Positions 56,795 through 64,000 of a stretch of DNA of 64,000 bases are shown in pieces; position 1 is the first letter of the stretch, and each line of letters opens with the position of its first letter. Location of the stretch: positions 1-64,000 of IMG/VR virus record IMGVR_UViG_3300036792_000096. The stretch is one strand, 5' to 3'. Source of the DNA: a virus. The notes beneath the pieces are model-generated. The model was not told the origin of the DNA. It saw only the letters and a list, made by a program, of their open reading frames with translations, and did no database searches. Made by a program: the position numbers and the translations under genes.

Positions 56795-57444
56795 GCGTGG
56801 ATTGGGTCACGGAGGCCCTCACGGACGCCGAGCGGGAGCGGGCCTACTGGGACGCCACAGCCGCATCCGAGAACGTCTGGGGCGAGCTGTGGTCGATTCC
56901 CGGCATGGGGTGGGAAGAGGGGATCGAAGCGTGTCTCGCCCAGATTGAGCCGATCCTCCACGGCTGCTCGGCTGGGCGCGTGCTTGAGCTCGGGTGCGGC
57001 ATCGGGCGCCTTCTGCTCCCGCTGGCCGAGCACTGGTCTGACATGTCCTTCATCGGCGTGGACTGCTCCGCGGCCCTGCTGACGAAGGCACGGGCGGCAA
57101 CGAAGAGTGCCGGGCTCGGCAATGTCCGCTACATCGCCGGGGATGGCCGCAACCTCCCCCGCTCCCTCCCGGCGCGGTTCCAGGCGGCGTACTCCGTGCT
57201 GACCTTCCAGCACGTCCCGCCCGAGGCGCAGAGTTCCTACCTCAGCCAGATCGCAGCCAAGCTTGACGCTGGGGGCCTCCTGCGCCTGCAGTTCGTCCAG
57301 GCCGACATCGACCACTTCCTCTCGCATGGCATACCGCCCGAGACGATGGCGCAGTGGTGCGCTGAGGCGGGCCTGACGGTCGTCGCGCTGGACCGGGGCG
57401 TCATTGACGAGTCGTGGGCATGGATCACGGCGACGAAACTGTGA
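56791..57444 (+). CDS. Class I SAM-dependent methyltransferase
   Basis: VLELGCGIGR, GVDCS, LTFQH, LDAGG. Confidence 0.9.
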   Translation: MSVDWVTEALTDAERERAYWDATAASENVWGELWSIPGMGWEEGIEACLAQIEPILHGCSAGRVLELGCGIGRLLLPLAEHWSDMSFIGVDCSAALLTKARAATKSAGLGNVRYIAGDGRNLPRSLPARFQAAYSVLTFQHVPPEAQSSYLSQIAAKLDAGGLLRLQFVQADIDHFLSHGIPPETMAQWCAEAGLTVVALDRGVIDESWAWITATKL

Positions 57445-57638
57445 GCGGCGACATTATGGACGACAGCATTCGCAGGGTTCGCTTCGAGGCACTGAAGTTG
57501 GCTGTGGGACGCGCAGACGAGCACCACAACGCTGACCAAGTCGTCCGTGCCGCGAAGGTGTTCGCATCGTTCATCGGTAACGGATCATCGCCGCTTGATG
57601 ACGAAGACTCGGCAGAGACCGAGGAACCCAAGCCGTGA
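57441..57638 (+). CDS. Small hypothetical protein
   Basis: R.EALKLA...VVRAA..FASFI; GTGA overlaps. Confidence 0.55.
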   Translation: MSGDIMDDSIRRVRFEALKLAVGRADEHHNADQVVRAAKVFASFIGNGSSPLDDEDSAETEEPKP

Positions 57639-58468
57639 CCGTCCAGACCCCGCACCCCAACGCGATGATCCACTGGCCCCGGATCGAATGCCTCCGCGGC
57701 CACGAGACGCACGACTCGGGATCGTTCCGCATCCGCCTCGGCGGTTCCACGGGCTACCACGACTTCCCTCCGATCCCACAGCGCTTCGCCCGCGACTTCC
57801 ACATGGAACTGTTCGACTGGACGAAGTACCGAGAGGTGGGGCCGTGGTGCCCCGGGGCTGGCGTGGAGTCCGAGGCCATCGCCGAGCTCGGTGTCTGGGA
57901 ACCACGGGAGACCATCGTTGCCCTGACCGTCTTCGAGTCGGCCGATCCGGGCTCGCTGTGCGTGGACTTCGGGGCGCATGTCGGCTGGTACTCGCTCCTC
58001 GCCGCCTCCAGCGGTCTCGAGGTGCTGGCGTGGGAGTGCGACCCGGAGCCCCTCCGGCTGCTGCGCACGTCGGCCAACCTGAACGGCTGGAAGATCCGCA
58101 CCCGCGGGACCCGCATCGGGGCGGACACGAAGCCTCTCCCGAAGACTGCGATTCGGTTGGCGAAACTGGACATCGAGGGAGCCGAGGAGCATGCGATCCG
58201 GATCCTTGGACCCTCCATCCGGGCCGGCCTCGTGGACCACATTCTCATGGAGGTCTCACCCGTGTTCGCCGACTACTACCCGGCCCTAGTCCTCTCCCTG
58301 ATCTCCAGAGGCTATGAGGCGTACCGGTTCCACGACAAGGCCCTCCCGCCACACCCACTTGAGGAACTGCCACGGGATCTGATCCCGCTCATGCGGAACG
58401 TGGAGGCCGAGGTGGCGTCGTGGCATCAGGAGAGTGTCTGGTTCAAGCGGGTGGGGGCCTCGTGGTGA
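57635..58468 (+). CDS. FkbM-family methyltransferase
   Basis: GVWEP, VDFGAHVGWYS, KLDIEGAE. Confidence 0.9.
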   Translation: MTVQTPHPNAMIHWPRIECLRGHETHDSGSFRIRLGGSTGYHDFPPIPQRFARDFHMELFDWTKYREVGPWCPGAGVESEAIAELGVWEPRETIVALTVFESADPGSLCVDFGAHVGWYSLLAASSGLEVLAWECDPEPLRLLRTSANLNGWKIRTRGTRIGADTKPLPKTAIRLAKLDIEGAEEHAIRILGPSIRAGLVDHILMEVSPVFADYYPALVLSLISRGYEAYRFHDKALPPHPLEELPRDLIPLMRNVEAEVASWHQESVWFKRVGASW

Positions 58469-58680
58469 GCGATCAGTCTGCGTGCCTCGGCAAGCGGTAC
58501 CGAGACCCCATCACGGAGTACGAGGGCATCGCCACAGCACGGGTGGAGTACCTCGGCGGGGGTCGCGTCCAGATCCTCTTGGAGCGCGCTCGGTCGGATG
58601 GCAACCCGCAGGAGCACTACTTCTACGAGTCCCGGCTTGAACTCGTCACTCCGAAACCGCCGATGGGGATCGGATCATGA
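58465..58680 (+). CDS. Small conserved-looking phage protein
   Basis: LGKRYRDPITEYEGIATARVEYL...FYESRL. Confidence 0.65.
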   Translation: MSDQSACLGKRYRDPITEYEGIATARVEYLGGGRVQILLERARSDGNPQEHYFYESRLELVTPKPPMGIGS

Positions 58681-60434
58681 CCACCATTCCCGTGATCTAC
58701 GTCTCGCGGCATGAGGGTATCTTGTCCCATCTGTACGCAGATATGGGCCTGCTGGAATCCATCCTCGCTGGCACCGTCTGGAACCCGCCTGGGGCGTTCA
58801 CCTTTGAGCACTACGTAGACGTGGGTCGGCCCGGCTCCGCCGATCCCGACGCCTTCCCGGCCGTGGCTGGCGCCGTTGTCATGGTCCCCGCCCGCCACCA
58901 CACCTCTCCCGAAGATGTCCAGTGGCTGCTGGCCCAACTTGACCGCCTGTCGTGGTATGTGACCGTCCTATGTGGTGACGAGGAATGGGCATTTCCGTGG
59001 CAGCGCATCCCCCGCTCCGAGCACCGGAAGGTGTGGGTCATGCAGCCCCGGCCAGAGCATGCCGGGCGCGTGGACGGGATGATCCCCGGTGGCTGGTATC
59101 CGGGGACGCGGGAGGGCATCAGTGTTGCTCAGGCCCGTCGGACAGCCTTGAAGCTCGACGCATCCGATGAGCGCTACTGGGATGTTTTCTTCGCCGGTCA
59201 AGTCACCCACAGACGTCGCGAGGAATGCGCTGCCGTGCTGAGGGCGATGGACCCCCAGAGGCGGTTCCTCTACGAAACGAAGGGCTATCTCCAAGGGATG
59301 GCGCAGGACGAATACATGGCTCTCCTCTCCTCGGCCAAGGTAGTCCCCTGCCCGTCCGGGCCCTACACGGTAGACACCGCCCGGCCCTTGGAAGCGCTCG
59401 AGGCGGCCTGCGTGCCTGTCGTGGACACCCTGACGCCCCGGGGTGACGACTGGGACTACTGGGGTCTTGTGTTCGGCCCTGATTGCCCCCTGCGGCGGAT
59501 CCGGGATTGGGAGACCTTCCCCAAGGTGCTCACCGAGGAGTTGGCCGACTGGCCCAACAACTCGAATCGTGTGTTCGCTTGGTGGCAGGGCTGGAAGCGG
59601 AGGATCACCCACCAGTTGCACGACGACATCGCCAGCGCATCGGGGGTTCCCCTAGTTCTTGACGGACCCGACGCCCTCGTGACGGTCCTCATTACCACGT
59701 CTCCCGCACCGTTGCACCCCTCGACCGCCCATCTTGAGGAGACCGTCGCGGCGGTGCGGGAGCAACTCCCTAACGCGGAGATCGTCATCGCCTGCGATGG
59801 GGTACGGCCGGAGTTGGCAGAGCGCGCTGCGGACTACGGCGAGTATCTCCGTCGGGTGCTGTGGCTGTGTAACTTCGAGTGGCGCAACGTGGTGCCGTTC
59901 GTCGCTGACGAGTGGCTACATCAGGCCGAGCTCACCCGCCGTGCTCTGAGCCTCGTGCGGTCCCCGCTCATGTTTTTCGTGGAACACGACCGGCCGCCCG
60001 TGGGACGGATCGACTGGCCGGGGCTCTGCGCCGTGGTGGGGTCGGGGGAGATCGACATGGTCCGACTGCACGCCGAGGAAAGCATCCATCCCGAGCAGAT
60101 GCACCTCATGCTTGGTGCCCAGACGCCGATCAGCGGAGTCCCGCTGCTCCGGACGGCGGCGTGGTGGCAACACCCGCACCTCTGCCGCACGGAGTGGTAC
60201 CGGGGCATCCTCGCCGAGCACTTCCCGCCCGGAAGCCGGACGTTCATCGAAGACCGCCTCTACCAGCTTGCCGAGAATGACTTCTTCGACCACGGCCCCG
60301 GTTCGTGGCAGCGGTGGAAGCTCGCCATCTACTGCCCGCCGGGGAGCATCCTCCGCAGCCGTCACCTCAACAGCCGCAGCGATGCTCCCAAGGGCGAGAT
60401 TTGGTTCGGCGAGACGGCGGAGGTGCCCGTATGA
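58677..60434 (+). CDS. Two-domain glycosyltransferase (exostosin/GT47-like plus GT-A/GT2-like)
   Basis: FFAGQ...Y..LLSSAKVVPCPSG...RPLEALEAACVPV; VTVLITTS...IACDG...FFVEHD. Confidence 0.8.
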   Translation: MTTIPVIYVSRHEGILSHLYADMGLLESILAGTVWNPPGAFTFEHYVDVGRPGSADPDAFPAVAGAVVMVPARHHTSPEDVQWLLAQLDRLSWYVTVLCGDEEWAFPWQRIPRSEHRKVWVMQPRPEHAGRVDGMIPGGWYPGTREGISVAQARRTALKLDASDERYWDVFFAGQVTHRRREECAAVLRAMDPQRRFLYETKGYLQGMAQDEYMALLSSAKVVPCPSGPYTVDTARPLEALEAACVPVVDTLTPRGDDWDYWGLVFGPDCPLRRIRDWETFPKVLTEELADWPNNSNRVFAWWQGWKRRITHQLHDDIASASGVPLVLDGPDALVTVLITTSPAPLHPSTAHLEETVAAVREQLPNAEIVIACDGVRPELAERAADYGEYLRRVLWLCNFEWRNVVPFVADEWLHQAELTRRALSLVRSPLMFFVEHDRPPVGRIDWPGLCAVVGSGEIDMVRLHAEESIHPEQMHLMLGAQTPISGVPLLRTAAWWQHPHLCRTEWYRGILAEHFPPGSRTFIEDRLYQLAENDFFDHGPGSWQRWKLAIYCPPGSILRSRHLNSRSDAPKGEIWFGETAEVPV

Positions 60435-61525
60435 CCGGGCCCCGCTGCGCTCTGCTGGTGCGTTCGGATCATAGGGGCCTCGGATATCAGTCCCACGGTT
60501 ACTACCAGCACCTCTCGCCGGTCAAAACCCTCCACGTCCACATGACCTCGAACCTTGGGACATGGACACCCTACGCAGAGCACCGGGAGGCGTGGTATCC
60601 CGACGTGCGCTCAGCCAACTATGACGGCCACACGGGGCGGCTGGACGACGAGGCTGCTATTCGCTGGCTGCTGGCTGACGTGGATGTCCTGCTCTCGGCC
60701 GAGACCTTCTACGATTTCCGGGTCATCGGCTGGGCGCGGGAAGCGGGCGTCAAGACGGTCCTAGTCGGGAATCCGGAATTCCTCAGACCCGAAGTTCTGG
60801 TCAGTCCTCCTGACGTCCTCGTGATGCCCTCCCGCTGGCGGCTGGACACCATCCCCAACGCCGTCCACCTCCCCCAGCCCGTGGACCGCAGCGTGTTCGC
60901 CTTCACGCCCCGCCCGCTGGTTCCTGACCGGCTCCGGTTCCTGCACGTCGTGGGCCACCGGGCGGCGAGGGACCGGGCTGGGACGGATCTCGTGCTCGAC
61001 TGCATCCGCTTCCTGCGCCACCGCATCGACCTCACCATCCGTTGTCAGGGCTCGCTCTCGGCCCCTCAGCAGTTGCTCCTACGGGGACTCAGGCGCCACC
61101 AGATCCCAACGGTGCTGTTGGGCGACGTGGACGATCCCCGGGCGCTGTACGAGGGCTACGACGTGCTCCTGGCGCCGAGGAGGTATGGGGGCCTCTCGCT
61201 CACGCTCAACGAGGCAACTTCCTGCGGGCTGGCAATCATCGCCACGGACCGGGAGCCGGAACGCTTCGCCCTGCCGGCGGAGGCCCTCGTACCAGCCTAC
61301 CGGGGGCGGGACGTGCAGTTCCAGGGCGGGACCTTCACGCTGGACGATGCCAACCCTCGGGACTTGGCCGAGGCCATCGACCGGCTCGTGGACGACCCCG
61401 CCGCGGTGGCCCGGCTCTCCGCGGCCTCAGACGCCTATGGGGAGTCCATCTCGTGGGAAACGCTGGCCCCGAAGTGGCGAGCGCTCCTTGAGCGGGCCAC
61501 GACCATGACGGGAGTGGGACCGTGA
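60431..61525 (+). CDS. GT4-like glycosyltransferase
   Basis: YDVLLAPRRYGGLSLTLNEATSCGLAIIATD...SWE. Confidence 0.88.
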   Translation: MTGPRCALLVRSDHRGLGYQSHGYYQHLSPVKTLHVHMTSNLGTWTPYAEHREAWYPDVRSANYDGHTGRLDDEAAIRWLLADVDVLLSAETFYDFRVIGWAREAGVKTVLVGNPEFLRPEVLVSPPDVLVMPSRWRLDTIPNAVHLPQPVDRSVFAFTPRPLVPDRLRFLHVVGHRAARDRAGTDLVLDCIRFLRHRIDLTIRCQGSLSAPQQLLLRGLRRHQIPTVLLGDVDDPRALYEGYDVLLAPRRYGGLSLTLNEATSCGLAIIATDREPERFALPAEALVPAYRGRDVQFQGGTFTLDDANPRDLAEAIDRLVDDPAAVARLSAASDAYGESISWETLAPKWRALLERATTMTGVGP

Positions 61526-62553
61526 TCGACGCCCTCGCTTCGCAACCCCACTACTTGAGGCATCTGTATCCCGTGTGGCAGGCGCTTCCAGAGGAGTACC
61601 GGGGGACGCTCTACCTGACCGGGCGAGCCTCGTGGGAGGCACCGTTCTACGACACCGGCCGGGTCTACAGCGGCCTCTTCCAGCGCCCCGGTCCCCGCGT
61701 ACTCGTGGCCTCGCAGACCGACTACCGGCAGGTCAGCACGGGCCGGCGGGTCATCTACATGAACCATGGCGCCGGCCAGAGCTACGGCGGAGACCCCGAC
61801 CCGGCCGTGTCCCGGGACGCCTCCTATGCCGGCGGGGACGGCCAGGACCGCACCGATCTCTTCCTCGTTCCCGGCCCGCATCCTGCGCAACGATGCCGGG
61901 AGCGCTATCCGGACATACCCGTGGTGGAGATCGGGTGCCCGGCACTAGACTCGTGGCTTAACCGGCCGGCGCGCCGGGAGCCACATGAGAAGCCGGTCGT
62001 TGCGCTCGCCTTCCAGCGCGCCACCCGCCACGGGGACTACCCGCTCTGCCCGGAGCACGTCTCGGCGCTGCCCCACTACCTCTCGGCGCTGCCCGCTCTG
62101 ATGGAGCGCTTCGAGGTGCTCGGCCACGGCCACCCGCGCGCTAAGGCCGGGCTCGAGGCGGTCTACGGCCCGCTCGGCATCCCGTGGGTGGACTGGGAAA
62201 CGGTGATGCTCACGGCCGACGTTCTGTGCGTCGACAACAGCTCCATTGGGTTCGAGGCAGCCGCCATCGGCTTACCTGTCATTTGGCTGAACGCTCCGTG
62301 GTACCGACGAGAGATCGACCACGGGCTGCGCTTTTGGGGCACCGCTGGTGTGGGCATGGAGGTAGACGAGCCGGCCGCTCTCGTCCCGACCGTTGAGACC
62401 GCCCTCCGAATCTGGCTAGGGTGGTACGGACTCGCACCAGCCGATCAGCAACTTTCGTATGTCTACACGCGCCTCGACGGGCACTGCGCCCAACGAGGCG
62501 CTGCGGCCATCGTCGCTCTGGACGCGGCCGAGCTCGCCGAGGTGCCCTCGTGA
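61522..62553 (+). CDS. GT-B fold glycosyl/glycerophosphotransferase-like protein
   Basis: MNHGAG, IGCPALD, HGHPR, ADVLCVDNSSIGFEAAAIGLPVI. Confidence 0.75.
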   Translation: MIDALASQPHYLRHLYPVWQALPEEYRGTLYLTGRASWEAPFYDTGRVYSGLFQRPGPRVLVASQTDYRQVSTGRRVIYMNHGAGQSYGGDPDPAVSRDASYAGGDGQDRTDLFLVPGPHPAQRCRERYPDIPVVEIGCPALDSWLNRPARREPHEKPVVALAFQRATRHGDYPLCPEHVSALPHYLSALPALMERFEVLGHGHPRAKAGLEAVYGPLGIPWVDWETVMLTADVLCVDNSSIGFEAAAIGLPVIWLNAPWYRREIDHGLRFWGTAGVGMEVDEPAALVPTVETALRIWLGWYGLAPADQQLSYVYTRLDGHCAQRGAAAIVALDAAELAEVPS

Positions 62554-63725
62554 GCATCGGAGGCCCCCGCACCCCCATCTTAGCCCCGGATCTCCTGCCG
62601 CCGATCACGTCGTTCATAGAGACCGCCCTATCGCCAGACGCATCAGAGATAAGAGATGTAGGCGTGCGTTGGGGGACGGGGGCGGAGTTTCGGTCCATCG
62701 CCTGCTCGGGCGACGCCTCCGCGTTCGACGTCTGCGCGCTCCCGACCTTTCCCGACGGTGCCCGCTCGACGCTGGCGGACGTGGACCCCTTCGCCGTCGT
62801 GGTGCCGGACACATGCAGCGCCCTCGGCTACCTCTACAACGACTACCAGGCCCGGGCGCTGATGAAGCACAAGGCGTGGGAGTCCTTCGTCATCGCGCAG
62901 CAGTTCTGGTCAGGTGTCGTGATCCCGAACAGCTTCCACCTCGCCTCCGGCGGAGCTGTGACGGACATCTCCCCAAGCGGTGCCTCGCTGGCCCCGCATG
63001 AGGCTCTGGGGCTCATGGAGAGCGAACTAGGTGAATGTCTCCGGGGAGCCCGGGGCATGATCTACGTCACCCCCAGGATCTTCGGCGAGCTGTTCCTGGC
63101 CGCCGGGCTCTACCGGCCCAACAACGGGCGGCAGGTCTTCACGCACATGGGAACCATCGTGGCAGCCGACGCCGGATTCCCGGGCACGGACCCGAATGGC
63201 AATGTCGAATCCCCGACCGTGGAATGGATGTACGGGACGGCGCCCGCCAAGGTCTACCGCTCGAACCCGGTCGTGTATCCCACCGAGGCCGACTACCGGA
63301 GCAATCCGAAGGCGTGGCAGGCGGTGGCGCGCGACCGCAACGACGTGACGTTCCGGGCGGAGTCCCTTGCGGCGATCGCTGTCGATCCGTGCTGCCTGTT
63401 GGCGATCCGGGTCGCGGTCGGAACGGCTACCGAGGAGGCGGTCAGCATCGGCTCGACCGTGGTCGACCGCTCAGGCACGATCGCCGTCGGTGGCACACAG
63501 CAGACCCTCATGGCTGCCAACCCGAGCCGGCGCTACATCTTGATCGAGAACGTCTCCGCCGCTGATCTCTGGTTCAACTTCACGACGAACGCCGTCATCG
63601 GTGAGCCGTCGTTCCAGTTGCCCACCGGGGCCTCCTACGAGATGTCCGGGGACTTCGTGTCCACGGAGCGGGTCTCGATCATCGGTGCTGCCGGCGGTCA
63701 GGCGTTCACAGCGAAGGAGGGCTGA
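62550..63725 (+). CDS. Capsid pentamer (vertex)-like protein with a C-terminal beta-sandwich extension
   Basis: WGTG...DPFAV...CS...ESFVIAQQFWSG...ALGLME...G.IVAADAGFPG...WMYGT resembles actinophage pentamer proteins. Confidence 0.65.
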   Translation: MSIGGPRTPILAPDLLPPITSFIETALSPDASEIRDVGVRWGTGAEFRSIACSGDASAFDVCALPTFPDGARSTLADVDPFAVVVPDTCSALGYLYNDYQARALMKHKAWESFVIAQQFWSGVVIPNSFHLASGGAVTDISPSGASLAPHEALGLMESELGECLRGARGMIYVTPRIFGELFLAAGLYRPNNGRQVFTHMGTIVAADAGFPGTDPNGNVESPTVEWMYGTAPAKVYRSNPVVYPTEADYRSNPKAWQAVARDRNDVTFRAESLAAIAVDPCCLLAIRVAVGTATEEAVSIGSTVVDRSGTIAVGGTQQTLMAANPSRRYILIENVSAADLWFNFTTNAVIGEPSFQLPTGASYEMSGDFVSTERVSIIGAAGGQAFTAKEG

Positions 63726-64000
63726 GTGGGGTTCTCCTTCCCGTCCGGCGGGGCCGTCCTGAACCCAGGCGTCAACGTCAAAACCGCCTACGGTGCCAAG
63801 GGCGACGGCGTGACGGACGACACGACCGCCATCCGCAACGCCATCAACACCGAGGTTGCCAACTGCCAGACCGCCGGTACCTACTACGCTGAGCTCTTCT
63901 TCCCACCCGGCATCTACGTAGTGAACGGGGCCTACGTACAGGGCGGGGCGACCAGGGGCAACTCCATCCTCCCGCTTCCGGTCATCGCCACGACCATCCA
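63726..64000 (+). CDS. Pectate-lyase-3-like beta-helix protein (truncated by window end)
   Basis: VNVKTAYGAKGDGVTDDTTAIRNAIN...FFPPGIY. Confidence 0.85.
   Translation, partial: MGFSFPSGGAVLNPGVNVKTAYGAKGDGVTDDTTAIRNAINTEVANCQTAGTYYAELFFPPGIYVVNGAYVQGGATRGNSILPLPVIATTI

Noticed and set aside
62061-62096. Direct repeat CTCGGCGCTGCCC
   Set aside because: Small in-frame duplication (SALP twice) inside a CDS
1-64000. tRNA/rRNA genes
   Set aside because: No cloverleaf or T-loop context recognised in intergenic regions; tRNAscan not run

Overview
High-GC (roughly two-thirds G+C by eye) tailed-phage or prophage DNA from an actinobacterial host (it encodes WhiB). From left to right: (1) an iteron-rich probable replication origin (1-300). 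(2) An early/middle rightward arm with an intein-containing C5 methyltransferase that also carries an overlapping second protein, plus MazG-like, WhiB, DUF5131, Lar-like, VRR-NUC and metallopeptidase genes. (3) A ~13.5 kb Gram-positive conjugation module (GntR regulator, TcpD/TcpE-like, VirB4 ATPase, VirB6-like, cell-wall hydrolase, coupling-protein-like ATPase, replication-relaxation relaxase) with two adenine/N4 methyltransferases interleaved; no integrase or att repeats were visible. (4) Small phage genes, a leftward SSB operon and a divergent promoter pair with an XRE regulator. (5) A packaging/head module: ParB-MTase, terS, terL, DUF1360, portal-MuF fusion, DHH phosphoesterase, 2H-phosphoesterase fused to the head maturation protein, a candidate pseudoknotted ncRNA, the major capsid (hexamer) protein and an HNH. 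(6) A cluster of four glycosyl/phosphotransferase and two methyltransferase genes, followed by a capsid pentamer-like gene and the start of a beta-helix protein. The most notable features are the conjugation machinery inside a virion-encoding genome, an overlapping reading frame kept open across a whole intein, and a probable virion-glycosylation cassette inside the capsid operon. All family calls come from motif recognition by eye, not database searches.
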